DNA of 64,000 nt, from positions 4,595 to 68,594 of the forward strand of contig MPNQ01000005.1 of NCBI GenBank assembly GCA_002239105.1. Direction: 5' to 3'. Below the pieces are notes generated by a model. That model saw only the letters and a list, made by a program, of their open reading frames with translations. It did no database searches and was not told where the DNA came from. Positions 1 to 9,382 of this stretch are shown piece by piece; the stretch's first letter is position 1; each line of letters opens with the position of its first letter. A program made the position numbers and the translations under genes. Source of the stretch: a marine group bacterium Sva0996 bin134. GTDB lineage: Bacteria > Actinomycetota > Acidimicrobiia > Acidimicrobiales > Bin134.

Positions 1-413
1 AGCTCAGGCGAGGCAGACGGGAGATCACCGTCTACTCAAAGGACCGAATGAGCTGGTCGGGTTTCGATAAGCGACGGGTGAGCCTTGGGAGATTCGTCAG
101 GGGGCGGCTTACGACCAGCCAGGGCATCCCAGATGGCCGTCCCGGGCGTCTCCGCCTCCGGAGATTCGTCGGTGGCCGGTTCACGGCCAGCCCGACAACG
201 ATCACAGACGACTACTACACCACCACCAACGACAGCACCCGCCAACTCAAGTTCAGAAGGCTCGACACCCTTCGCAGAGCCATCACCAACAAGTTGCGCC
301 GCGGCGGCAACCGCCGCAACGAGCGCAAGAAGACAGAGAAGATCCTGGCGCGCCCCAAGAGATGGAACCAGATCCACGGATCATCCTGGTTGAGTGGCAA
401 CGGCCAGCAATGA
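1..413 (+). CDS. C-terminal part of an Arg/Lys-rich hypothetical protein entering from the left edge
   Basis: Frame is open from position 3 to TGA at 411-413 (…EITVYSKDRMSWSG…DDYYTTTNDSTRQLKFRR…). C/G-ending codons in the second half favour this frame over the antisense ORF. Confidence 0.45.
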   Translation, partial: LRRGRREITVYSKDRMSWSGFDKRRVSLGRFVRGRLTTSQGIPDGRPGRLRLRRFVGGRFTASPTTITDDYYTTTNDSTRQLKFRRLDTLRRAITNKLRRGGNRRNERKKTEKILARPKRWNQIHGSSWLSGNGQQ

Positions 414-514
414 CAACTCTCCCAAAGCGGCCCCGAACTTCACCGGGTGTCGCGCAGGCGACCTGAAACCCGGGGAGGTTCAGCTCTCCGCTTGCCGGGT
501 CGGGGAGGCAGATC

Positions 515-913
515 TCAGTCGTCGCCTGAAGAGTCCGACGCGAGAAGTGCATCGATCACGTCGAGGTCGCTCACCGCGAGCACGGCCCTCTTGAACTGAT
601 GGTCGATCAGGTCCAGCACCAGTAGGGGAAGTTCCGGCCCACTGGCAGCTGTGACCCAGAATTGCTGGCCGACCACATCGCGGCCGAGATGGATACCGAC
701 TCGACGCCTGCCCGAACGGCGCTCGCCGGCATGAGTTCCGATCCCCAGTTGGCGGTGGTCTATGCGGGACTCAAGCTCATGCCTAGGGATGACAGCCGCT
801 CGGGCGATGTTGGCCCGGTCGATCTCAACGATGCGCCGGAACATATACATGCGGTCCCAACCAGAGAGCACAACCCGAAGAGTGCGACCCGTCCACTCAA
901 ACCGGAAGGCCAT
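515..913 (-). CDS. Hypothetical protein (possibly PH-like beta fold)
   Basis: Protein-like ORF MAFRFEWTGRTLRVVLSGWD…LVLDLIDHQFKRAVLAV; TACTGT -10 hexamer 7 nt before the ATG at 913. Confidence 0.65.
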   Translation of the reverse strand: MAFRFEWTGRTLRVVLSGWDRMYMFRRIVEIDRANIARAAVIPRHELESRIDHRQLGIGTHAGERRSGRRRVGIHLGRDVVGQQFWVTAASGPELPLLVLDLIDHQFKRAVLAVSDLDVIDALLASDSSGDD

Positions 914-1013
914 AGCAACAACAGTAACTCTCCGCCTGCGCAAGACCCGGTGAGGTTCACATGGCCTCCCAGGCTGTCAACGTGGTCATCAGCGGCGACG
1001 ACGACGCCAGACC

Positions 1014-1154
1014 GTGAGGGGCGTCGAGCAGACCGCCCAAAGCAGCGTGACCCAAGAGACCTCAAAGAGGAGCAGGCTCGAAATCGCGTACTGGGTCGCA
1101 GGGATAGCCAGCGCTGCGGTAGCCGTAGCGACACTTATCTACTTCTTGGCTTGA
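1014..1154 (+). CDS. Small (46 aa) single-TM peptide, not in the supplied ORF track
   Basis: Manual translation GTG…TGA gives MRGVEQTAQSSVTQETSKRSRLEIAYWVAGIASAAVAVATLIYFLA: basic patch followed by a hydrophobic C-terminal helix. Confidence 0.4.
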   Translation: MRGVEQTAQSSVTQETSKRSRLEIAYWVAGIASAAVAVATLIYFLA

Positions 1155-1185
1155 ACCGGCCATCAATGAGGCCGACTGGCCAAGC

Positions 1186-1205
1186 AGCCCCTTTGGGCTT
1201 CGTTT
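1186..1205 (+). terminator. Weak intrinsic terminator-like hairpin
   Basis: AGCCC-CTTT-GGGCT followed by TCGTTT, just downstream of the small TM ORF. Confidence 0.25.
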
Positions 1206-1416
1206 AGGAGGCAGGCTGGCCCTCTGTCTGCCGCGGTATACCTCCAGTGGCTACGCTGAACCGATGTCTCGCGAGCGCAACCCACGGGAAGTGCCCGAGC
1301 GCAGCTTTGACCCCTCCGAGGGCATCGCCGCCGGAGTGCTCAACCGACCGCCGAAGCAGGATTGGCGGTCGGTGGAAGACCACGCTGGCCAGCAGCCCCA
1401 ACCCGCCGAATAAGCC

Positions 1417-1692
1417 ATGTTCCGCCGTTGGGTGGCCAGGATGAACGAGAGCATGGTCGGACCGCGGCGGTGGAAATGCTGGCACGGCGTCGTTGCGAAC
1501 TTCGCCTTCGCCGCTGTCTGTGTCGCCGTCGCCCTCCAAACGTGGCACGACCCGCTTGTCGCCTACGGAGCGGTCATCTATGCAGCGGTTACGGTGTTCG
1601 TCGGCGGCTGGGGTTTGATTATGGGAATCCCCGCCCAGTACAAGCACTCCGATCCCGTCACGAACAATAAATTCCCGTCACAAGAGCATTAA
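1417..1692 (+). CDS. Small membrane protein (2 TM helices)
   Basis: Two hydrophobic segments, GVVANFAFAAVCVAVAL and LVAYGAVIYAAVTVFVGGWGLIMGI; ATG start. Confidence 0.6.
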   Translation: MFRRWVARMNESMVGPRRWKCWHGVVANFAFAAVCVAVALQTWHDPLVAYGAVIYAAVTVFVGGWGLIMGIPAQYKHSDPVTNNKFPSQEH

Positions 1693-1771
1693 CGCCAACA
1701 GCCACGTCGAGCAGCCTGCGACTAGATCAGCGGTGGGTGGGATTGGGTGTAGGCCGGATGAGGACCGTTGT

Positions 1772-2824
1772 TCAGCCTTCAGTCCAGATAGTCTCCGATG
1801 TTCCGCAAGATTTGCAGTCGCGGAAATACGTCGTCTTGTCCTTGCGGACTCGGACTCCGTTGTCTCGCCCTTTGCTGGCTCCGCAGGAGGAGCACACCAC
1901 GGGCATCTTCGTGTTCTTCCCGCACGCCCCGCACTTCCAGTAGTAGCCGTATTTCCCCCATTGGGCGGCGAGGTCTTTGGAGCCACATTCCTTGCAGGCC
2001 GCGCTCCGGGAGCGCCGGGCACCGGCTGGCTTGTTGCGGGGCCTCTTGTGGTCTTGTCTGGGAACAGCTTTCTTGGGCCGGGATGGCGGAGCGCCAGTGC
2101 GGCCCACATGGTGAGCAGCGAGAAACTTGGCCACCCTCTTTGGCTCCCCCTCCACCATGCTCCACATGCCGTAGTCGCCGCCCGCACGCTTGCGGTGGGC
2201 CTTCAGCTCTTGGCTGATCTTGTCGGGGACGACATCGGCTTTGGCCACGAACACCCGGAACGGATCGCGCGGCTCCTCCCAGCCGCCGACCCTCTTGATC
2301 CTCCCCTTGTCAGACACAGCGATAATCAACTGGATCGGCGCGTTCTTGAAACCCCGCTGATCGCTTCCTGTGGCGACCTTGGCGATGGTGCGAAACCCGT
2401 AAGCGTGCTTGCCGAGCATTTCCTCCCTGCGGCTTTGCAGAAACACCCGCAGGAAATCCGACTGCCGCTTCGCCTGCCGGATCGGCGAGGGCATCCCCGA
2501 TTCTTTCCGCCCGTGAACGCGAGTCCACTCGTCGCCGCCCGAGCCGTCAGACCTAACCCGCACCTCCCCGGCGACCGACTTGCTCTCGACAATGAACAGC
2601 CCCCAGCGATGCACGACGAGATGGTCGATCTGGCACACCCCAGGGGACCCGTCTTGCTCCGGCTGGTCCCGGTCTTCGAGCCGCAGGTCGTGAAGCACAA
2701 AGACCTCCTCATCGTCCCTGAAGTCCCGATGCAGATAGTGGGCCATCTGCTTCTCGGCATCGGCACCCGCTCTCAGGCGGCGATCCTTGGGAATCGCCGC
2801 CTGCTCAAAGGGCTTTACGATCAC
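1772..2824 (-). CDS. NERD (nuclease-related domain) protein with C-terminal zinc ribbons
   Basis: NERD motifs GADAEKQM…VLHDLRL…QIDHLVV…GLFIVESKS…SPIRQAKRQ; four CxxC pairs at the C-terminus (CKEC, CGAC, CSSC, CKSC). Start taken at GTG 2824. Confidence 0.85.
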   Translation of the reverse strand: MIVKPFEQAAIPKDRRLRAGADAEKQMAHYLHRDFRDDEEVFVLHDLRLEDRDQPEQDGSPGVCQIDHLVVHRWGLFIVESKSVAGEVRVRSDGSGGDEWTRVHGRKESGMPSPIRQAKRQSDFLRVFLQSRREEMLGKHAYGFRTIAKVATGSDQRGFKNAPIQLIIAVSDKGRIKRVGGWEEPRDPFRVFVAKADVVPDKISQELKAHRKRAGGDYGMWSMVEGEPKRVAKFLAAHHVGRTGAPPSRPKKAVPRQDHKRPRNKPAGARRSRSAACKECGSKDLAAQWGKYGYYWKCGACGKNTKMPVVCSSCGASKGRDNGVRVRKDKTTYFRDCKSCGTSETIWTEG

Positions 2825-3379
2825 CCTGAAGTACTTTCCCTGCACATCGGATGGGAGGCTATCCACCCACGTTCCCATCGCTGCAAACTCTCCTGGCTGC
2901 GCCGCTTCAGTTCCTACCACCACTCCGGGTAGTAGGCCCGCGCCCACCGATCACCGCCATTGGACTCTACCGCGGCCTTGTGACCCTGCCGGGGTGTGAT
3001 CTGAGTACAGTGCGGCCTATGAGCTGGGCAAACAAAGGAACTCCTGACAGCCGACCCGCCCGAAAACGGCCACAGAATTGTCAGTCCGCAGGAGCAGGAG
3101 TCTGCGACACCCGGCCTCGGTCTCAAGCCTCCGAAGGCCGCACGGCCACCAGTACCCCCGTTTAGAGGGCAGCTTTCGTACCCACGGCGGGGCGGACCAG
3201 GCCGGCTCTACGGACACCCAGAATTGTCACCCCTGAACCTCCCCGGGTTTCACGCAGGCTGTTTGGGCTGGACTACGACCCGGTCGTTCAGGGCTGCTTG
3301 GACTGTGGTCGGTGCCGGATGTGTAGGGTGGCCGGGGTTTGTGCCTACAGCGCAGGCCAGATCGAAAGCGAGGTGGGCT

Positions 3380-4750
3380 ATGGCTGAGACCGAGTTTGAG
3401 CGGGCGCGATTGATACCTGTGGCTGGGATCAAGGGGGCGAAAGAGGCTGAGGACCGGGCGACTTCCGCGTTGCTGTCAGTGATGAGCGTGGTCCCGTCGT
3501 TTAGCCGGGCGCTGCTTGTCCCCCTGGGGAGCACGTCTGCAAAGAAGGCACAGATTTCCACGTTCGTCAAGCCTGGCTACCGGACAGGCGACGGCCGCCT
3601 CGTCATCCCCGACGGGCTGATCCGTGTGGTGGTGGGCCAGAGGGTCGCGTTCGAGGCCCTTGTTGAGGTTAAGACCGGGATGAACAAGCTCAACGCAGAC
3701 CAGTTGAACGAATACCTGGATGTAGCCCGAGGGGAGGGCATCGACTGCGTCATCACAATTTCGAATGAGATCGCGCCATCTCCTGGGGTCCACCCCACTG
3801 ACGGGCTGAGGGTAAGGTCCAATTCAAAGACGCAAGTCCATCATCTGTCGTGGTCGCTGATTTTGGCTGAGGCTGTCAAAGAGCACACGCATCGCGGAGT
3901 TGACGACCCCGAGCAGGCTTGGATCGTCGATGAGCTCATTCGCTATTTGAACCATGAGAAATCAGGGGTGGTGGACTTTTCGGACATGGGCGACAACTGG
4001 GCGGCCGTACTCGAAGCAGCGACCGACGGCAGCCTGTCGCGCCGAAGCCCCGAAGCCGCCGAGATCTGCCAACGGTGGGACCAACTGCTGAGATTCGCCA
4101 CATTGAAGTTGGGAGCTGAGATCGGCGCCGACGTCACCGAGTTCATCCCACGTGCTCACCGCCAGAACCCGCAGGCACGCAACAAGGAATTCGTGGCTTC
4201 GCTGTGCTCAGAAGGCTCCCTGTCCGGGGTTCTGCGTGTCCCAGACGGAGCCGCCGACCTGTCTGTTTCGGTGGACCTAAGGGCCCGCAAGATCGCGGTC
4301 AGCACCCAGCTAGCGGCCCCCGACGGCCGGACTCCGAGGGCTGCCGTAGTCTGGCTCGTCAAACAGATGAAAGACGCGCCCGGCACCGTCCTCATTGACG
4401 TCTATCAGAAATCTGGGCGCATCCCCGTCACCGCATCCCTGGAACAACTGCGAGAAGACCCCAAGAAAGGTCTGCCCGAATCAAAGCAACCACCGAATAA
4501 GTTCATCGTCCGCCAGCAAACCAAAATGGGCACAGGCCGCCGCTCCACCCGCAAGAAGGGTTTCATCGACTCAGTCGTCGACGCGGTGATCGAGTTCTAC
4601 GCCAACGTGTTCCAAGACCTTCAGGCATTCGTCCCGCGCGCCCCGTCACTGGAACGCCACAACAAGACAGAAATGAGGACGAGCAGCACAAGCGGCCAGA
4701 ATGAACCGGTTGGTGCTTTCAGCGGCAGGCAAGAACCTTCCCCGGACTGA
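3380..4750 (+). CDS. PD-(D/E)XK nuclease-fold protein of the 'stress response protein' family (no TerD domain seen)
   Basis: ARLIPVAGI…E.RATSALL N-terminus, catalytic-type IPDGLI…ALVEVKTG, and VITISNE…HLSW motifs; SD GAGGT before ATG 3380. Confidence 0.75.
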   Translation: MAETEFERARLIPVAGIKGAKEAEDRATSALLSVMSVVPSFSRALLVPLGSTSAKKAQISTFVKPGYRTGDGRLVIPDGLIRVVVGQRVAFEALVEVKTGMNKLNADQLNEYLDVARGEGIDCVITISNEIAPSPGVHPTDGLRVRSNSKTQVHHLSWSLILAEAVKEHTHRGVDDPEQAWIVDELIRYLNHEKSGVVDFSDMGDNWAAVLEAATDGSLSRRSPEAAEICQRWDQLLRFATLKLGAEIGADVTEFIPRAHRQNPQARNKEFVASLCSEGSLSGVLRVPDGAADLSVSVDLRARKIAVSTQLAAPDGRTPRAAVVWLVKQMKDAPGTVLIDVYQKSGRIPVTASLEQLREDPKKGLPESKQPPNKFIVRQQTKMGTGRRSTRKKGFIDSVVDAVIEFYANVFQDLQAFVPRAPSLERHNKTEMRTSSTSGQNEPVGAFSGRQEPSPD

Positions 4751-4868
4751 TATCAGCCATCGAGGCAATCGGCCGGACACAAACCCCAATACCCCCGCAC
4801 AGCCGGACAAAGACCCCCACGTATGGTCCAACCGGCCATCCGACGAGACGCAATTGGCGATCCCCCCT

Positions 4869-4945
4869 TGGAGCGCCGGACGGGATTTGAACCCGTGAAT
4901 CATGGCTTTGCAGGCCACTCCCTTAGTCCACTCGGGCACCGACGC
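4869..4945 (-). tRNA. tRNA-Cys (GCA)
   Basis: Cloverleaf: acceptor GCGTCGG/CCGGCGC, anticodon loop CTGCAAA, T arm ACGGG-TTCAAAT-CCCGT, U discriminator and encoded CCA. Confidence 0.95.
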
Positions 4946-5027
4946 GTGCCTGGCTGCCGGAGCAGCCAGCCCTGACAGTGTATGGGATCGGCCCGGTGGG
5001 ACCACACAGGGGTTTAGGGTTTCGGGC

Positions 5028-5714
5028 ATGGCTGACGGTGGGACCCGCTCTCCTTTGGAGCTGCTCGACGTGATGGGGATCGTTGAGGCCGAAGCGGGGC
5101 CGGAGCTTCGGCACTTGGAGGTGTACTGCCCTGATGGGCTCTTGACCTTGCTGTGGCACGGGCCGGCCGACGCTACCGATGTAGTGGTGACATTGGGCGG
5201 GGCTATCGGGGGGCTGTTGGGGCCGGCCCGGGCGCTGTATCTGCGGCTGGGTGAGAACTTGGCCGCAGACGGCATTGCGGTGATCCGGGTGCACTACCGG
5301 CGGCCGGGGATCATCGAGCGCTCCTTGTTGGATGCGGCCGCGGCGGCCGACTTGGCCGCTCGGGAGCAGGCCCGGCGGTTCATATTCATGGGGCACTCAT
5401 TCGGAGGGGCGGTGGCGGTGCAGGCCGGGATCGCTCTGGGAGAACACACGGCGGGGGTGGTGGGGCTGGCCACCCAGTCGGCTGGGTGCGAGAACGCGGC
5501 GGCGCTGGGGGGCACTCCCCTGCTGTTGATGCACGGCGGGATGGACCAGATCTTGCCGGTACACGCCAGTGAGGCGGTGCGGGCACTGGCGGGGGGTGGC
5601 GAGCTGATCGTGTACCCCGAGGCCGATCACGGGCTGGCCTCGGTGGCCGATGAGATCGCCGCTACGCTCGCCGACTGGATACCGGCTCGGTTCGCCGAGC
5701 ACGCCAACCAATAG
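5028..5714 (+). CDS. Alpha/beta hydrolase (dienelactone hydrolase-like)
   Basis: GHSFGG nucleophile elbow, LLMHGGMDQIL acid motif, YPEADHGL catalytic His. Confidence 0.85.
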   Translation: MADGGTRSPLELLDVMGIVEAEAGPELRHLEVYCPDGLLTLLWHGPADATDVVVTLGGAIGGLLGPARALYLRLGENLAADGIAVIRVHYRRPGIIERSLLDAAAAADLAAREQARRFIFMGHSFGGAVAVQAGIALGEHTAGVVGLATQSAGCENAAALGGTPLLLMHGGMDQILPVHASEAVRALAGGGELIVYPEADHGLASVADEIAATLADWIPARFAEHANQ

Positions 5715-5726
5715 AGGAGCCACCGC

Positions 5727-6674
5727 ATGGGAGCAGCTGAGGACGCCCTGATCGGGCCCGACGACGACAACTTCCATCCCCCGTCGAATGATCCGTGGGA
5801 AACCGAGACCTGCTGGTACGCCTTCTGCGTCCCCGAGCGCAACATGATGGGCTACCTGTACACCTGGATCCGCCCCAACTTGGGCATCGCCGGGGGCGGG
5901 GCCATGGTGTGGGACGACACCGCGCATCTGCCGTGGGAGGTGCCGTTCTTCGACTACAACCACAGCATCCCGCTGCCCGACGGGCTCGACCTGCGAGATG
6001 CAGTGCTGCCCACCGGGATGCGGGTGAAGGTGATCGAGCCGCTCACCAGCTACGAGCTGGGCTACCGCTACCGCCGGGGCGACATGTTCGAGGCCGAACT
6101 GCGCTTCGACGCCCTCACCCCGCCCCATGTGTTCACCCGGGGCGGGCCGCCGTTCACCATCGCCAGCCACATCGACCAGCCCGGCCGGGTCACCGGGAGC
6201 TTCCGCCTCCATGGCGAAGAAATCCCCGTGGACTGCTTCGCCATGCGGGATCGGTCGTGGGGGCCCCGCAGCGACCTGCGGGGCTTCCGCATCGGCTACT
6301 CATTCGCCACCGCGTCGGGCCAGAGCGCCTTTTTGTGCTATTCGCTGCCCTCTGAAGACAGCGACCCGATCAACGCCGGCTACTACCTGCGCGACGGGGT
6401 GCGGGCCGACATCGTCAGCGGCCAGCGCCGGGTGGAGCGCGATCCCGAGCACGGCTACGCCACCGCATTCGAGATAGAGGCCACCGACGAGCTGGGCCGG
6501 GAGCTTCGGGCAGTGGGCACCCCGGTGAGCCGCATCATCTTCAACCCCTACCCCAAGATGCTTACCTGGGTGAGCACCACAGCCTGGGACTTCGACGGCA
6601 ACACCGGCTGGGGCGAGGACCAGGACTGCTGGCGTCCCGACCAGTGGTCCCGCTACCGCCGCAGCCTGCGTTAG
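5727..6674 (+). CDS. Conserved actinobacterial beta-rich protein (AttH/CrtC-like barrel, function unknown)
   Basis: WETETCWYAF…HIDQPGRVTG…AMRDRSWGPR motifs typical of this family; SD AGGAG. Confidence 0.65.
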   Translation: MGAAEDALIGPDDDNFHPPSNDPWETETCWYAFCVPERNMMGYLYTWIRPNLGIAGGGAMVWDDTAHLPWEVPFFDYNHSIPLPDGLDLRDAVLPTGMRVKVIEPLTSYELGYRYRRGDMFEAELRFDALTPPHVFTRGGPPFTIASHIDQPGRVTGSFRLHGEEIPVDCFAMRDRSWGPRSDLRGFRIGYSFATASGQSAFLCYSLPSEDSDPINAGYYLRDGVRADIVSGQRRVERDPEHGYATAFEIEATDELGRELRAVGTPVSRIIFNPYPKMLTWVSTTAWDFDGNTGWGEDQDCWRPDQWSRYRRSLR

Positions 6675-6687
6675 TAGTCTCTGCGCC

Positions 6688-7665
6688 ATGTTCACCTGCC
6701 GCTTCGAGCTGAGAGTCCCCCCGTTCGCCGATGTGACCCACGCCCAACTGCATCGCGAGTACCTGGACATGGTGTCGTGGTGCGATGACAACGGCATCGC
6801 CACCGTCATCGTGTCGGAGCACCACGGGGCCGACGACGGGTTCATGGCCTCCCCGCTGGTACTGGCCAGCGCGGCATTGGCCCGAACCGACAACATCATG
6901 GTGGCCATCTCGGCGCTGCTGCTGCCGTTCCACGACCCCATCCGCATAGCCGAAGACATCGCGGCCATCGATTTGATGGCGCCGGGGCGTTTGTCGGTGA
7001 CCATGGGGGTGGCCTACCGGGAGTTCGAGTTCGACATGTTCGGCAAAGACCGCACCCGCCGGGGGCGCGACACCGAGGAGGCCATCAAACTCATCTTGAA
7101 GTGCTGGTCGGGCGAGCCGTTCGAGCATGAGGGACGCACCATCTGGGTCACTCCCAAGCCGGTCACCGAGCCTCATCCGGTGCTGATGGTGGGCGGGTCG
7201 GTGCGGGCCTCGGCCCTGCGGGCGGCCCGGCTGGGCCTGCCCTTCTCCCCGTCCACCCCCGACCAGTCGCTGGCCGACCTCTACTACGAAGAAGCAGCCC
7301 GGTTGGGTTATGAGACCCCGTTCGCCATCGTGCCCGACGGCCCGTCGATGGTGATGGTCACCGAAGACCCTGAGCGCACCTGGGCGGCCATTGAGCGCCA
7401 CGCCCTGTATGACGCCGGGCTGTACAGCAGTTGGCAGTACGACGACCACCACAACCTCACCGCAGTCGATGCCGACGACGTGGCCGGGCTGGCCGCCAGC
7501 GGGCAGTGGGATGTGCTCACCCCCGAGCAGTGCGCGCAGTTGGTGAGGGACAAGGGCAGCGCCATGCTGCATCCGCTGGTGGGCGGCATCGACCCGGCCA
7601 TCGGCTGGGAGAGCCTGGAGCTGACCAAGAACAAGGTCATGCCCTTGCTGGCTGCCGATGGGTGA
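6688..7665 (+). CDS. LLM-class (luciferase-like) flavin-dependent oxidoreductase
   Basis: VSEHHG…SPLVLASA…LLLPFHDPIRIAEDIAAIDL…GRL motifs. Confidence 0.92.
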   Translation: MFTCRFELRVPPFADVTHAQLHREYLDMVSWCDDNGIATVIVSEHHGADDGFMASPLVLASAALARTDNIMVAISALLLPFHDPIRIAEDIAAIDLMAPGRLSVTMGVAYREFEFDMFGKDRTRRGRDTEEAIKLILKCWSGEPFEHEGRTIWVTPKPVTEPHPVLMVGGSVRASALRAARLGLPFSPSTPDQSLADLYYEEAARLGYETPFAIVPDGPSMVMVTEDPERTWAAIERHALYDAGLYSSWQYDDHHNLTAVDADDVAGLAASGQWDVLTPEQCAQLVRDKGSAMLHPLVGGIDPAIGWESLELTKNKVMPLLAADG

Positions 7666-7670
7666 CGGCC

Positions 7671-8600
7671 ATGGGTGAGGCTGGCGAGCGCCTGTTGAGC
7701 TCGGAGGAGCTGGCCAAGCTCAGCCAGCCGCCCCGGGCCGATCTGGTCGACGCGCTAATCGACGGATCCGACGCTGCCATAGAGGTGTTTCGGCGCATCG
7801 ACCGGGCCTACCGGAACTTCATAGACGGGTTTGGCGCGTGGATAGCCACCACCCAGCGTTTCGTGGCCGACAACTACGGCATCGACGGTTTGGCGCAAGT
7901 GGGCTCGGCCGACGAAGCCTACCGATCGGCGCTACTCCACAGGCTGACCGACGAGGACGTTGCCGGACGGCACCAGCCCGTCCGAGCAGACAACATTGAG
8001 GAGCTCATCAACGATGGCGACCACGAGGCCGCCATGGCCGGTTTCGACGCTTTGGAGGCTAGCTACCGCCGAATCCACGACGTGGAGCGTGACCGGGTGG
8101 CGTCGGTGCTGTCGCAGGTGTACCGGGCCTGGGGACCCGACGTGCTGGAGGCGTGCATCCGCTTCGCCGGCGAGCAGACGCTGTTGGGGTGGATGCCCCA
8201 CGATGTGGTCCGTCCCGCCGAGGTGCGGGTGCGGCAGTGGGCCGGCATGCAGAAGGGCAACTTCGCCGACATAACGGTGACCGAGACCGACGACGCCTTC
8301 ATAATCACCCTGCACCCGTGCGGCACCTGCGGACGCCAGGTGTCCGACGGCTGCTACGGGGAAAACCTGGACTTGGCTGTGGTGGCCGAGGACCACCCTC
8401 TTACCTTTGGCACCGGTCCCGCACCCATCTACCGCACCCACGTGGCGGTGATGCACTACTTGATCCCCATAGAGCGCACCGGGGTGCCCTGGCCGGTGAT
8501 CCAGTGCCCCAAGGGGATGGACGCGGAGCCCTGCCGGGTGATGCTGTTCAAAGACCCAGAGGCCACACCGCCAGAGGCCTACGGGTTCGCGACGAGCTGA
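7671..8600 (+). CDS. Hypothetical protein with duplicated helical segment and Cys/His-rich C-terminal domain (ATC-hydrolase/V4R-like)
   Basis: ATG 6 nt after the LLM stop; HPCGTCGR…THVAVMH…C…C motif. Confidence 0.7.
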   Translation: MGEAGERLLSSEELAKLSQPPRADLVDALIDGSDAAIEVFRRIDRAYRNFIDGFGAWIATTQRFVADNYGIDGLAQVGSADEAYRSALLHRLTDEDVAGRHQPVRADNIEELINDGDHEAAMAGFDALEASYRRIHDVERDRVASVLSQVYRAWGPDVLEACIRFAGEQTLLGWMPHDVVRPAEVRVRQWAGMQKGNFADITVTETDDAFIITLHPCGTCGRQVSDGCYGENLDLAVVAEDHPLTFGTGPAPIYRTHVAVMHYLIPIERTGVPWPVIQCPKGMDAEPCRVMLFKDPEATPPEAYGFATS

Positions 8601-8632
8601 TCAGCGCAAACGCTTTGGAGTCAACCCAAACC

Positions 8633-8708
8633 TGGAGCGGATGACCGGGCTCGAACCGGCGACCTACACCTTGGCAAGGTGTCGCTCTACCAACTGAGCT
8701 ACATCCGC
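8633..8708 (-). tRNA. tRNA-Gly (GCC)
   Basis: GCGGATGTAGCTCAGTTGGTAGAGCGACACCTTGCCAAGGTGTAGGTCGCCGGTTCGAGCCCGGTCATCCGCTCCA; canonical 76-nt cloverleaf. Confidence 0.97.
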
Positions 8709-8770
8709 AGGGCTGCCAATCATAGCAAGGGGCTACCGGGACACCCATAGCAATAGGTCGGGGGATGAGA

Positions 8771-9379
8771 TCAGCCGGAGGCTGCTTCCAGCAGGGCCGC
8801 AGCCCGGTCGCCCAAGTCCACGGCTTGGGCAATCTCACGAGCGGCAGCACTCATCTTCACCAGGGTCTTGGCCAGAACCTCGGCCATGTGGTCGTCACCC
8901 AGCTTGTCGGCCAAGGCGTCGAGTTGGGTCTGGAGGAACACCAGGCACAGAGCGTCCTCGTGGGTCTGCACCCGGGGGTCGGTACCCAAGCCTTGCTTGG
9001 CCACGATGGCCGACACTTCGGCGGCAAATGCGCCGTCATAGCCCGCCCCAGTCACGATGTCGGCCACCTCGGCGGCGTGGCGCTTGCCTTGGGCGGCCCG
9101 CCATCGCAGATAGCCGGCCCGGCCCTCGGGGTAGTCGGATCGAGCCAGAGCCCAGCGCCGTAGGTGGTGGGCTCGGGCGGCCACCAGTTGGACATCGTCG
9201 GCCTCGGGGTCGAGGCGCCGCACCCACTCGGTCATCAGCTCGGCGTGGGCCTGCTCCTTGGGCCGGGCCACGCCGTTCACCACGATGGTGTGGGGATCAT
9301 CGGCATTGGCCGCATCGACGGCCGCCAAGGCGGCGTTCAGCTGCCGATTCGGGGCCGCGGCGTCGAAGCCCATATTCAC
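8771..9379 (-). CDS. DUF4202 family protein
   Basis: DAANADDP…AARAHHLRRW…RSDYPEGRAGYLRWR…QTHEDALCLVFL signature. Confidence 0.88.
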   Translation of the reverse strand: MNMGFDAAAPNRQLNAALAAVDAANADDPHTIVVNGVARPKEQAHAELMTEWVRRLDPEADDVQLVAARAHHLRRWALARSDYPEGRAGYLRWRAAQGKRHAAEVADIVTGAGYDGAFAAEVSAIVAKQGLGTDPRVQTHEDALCLVFLQTQLDALADKLGDDHMAEVLAKTLVKMSAAAREIAQAVDLGDRAAALLEAASG

Positions 9380-9382
9380 TGA

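Noticed and set aside
36-377. Minus-strand hydrophobic ORF at the left edge
   Set aside because: Its codon pattern looks like the antisense of the + strand frame 3-413.
2009-2018. 10-bp match (GGAGCGCCGG) to the tRNA-Cys 3' end as a possible att site
   Set aside because: Too short, GC-rich and inside the NERD CDS; expected by chance. No integrase is in the window.
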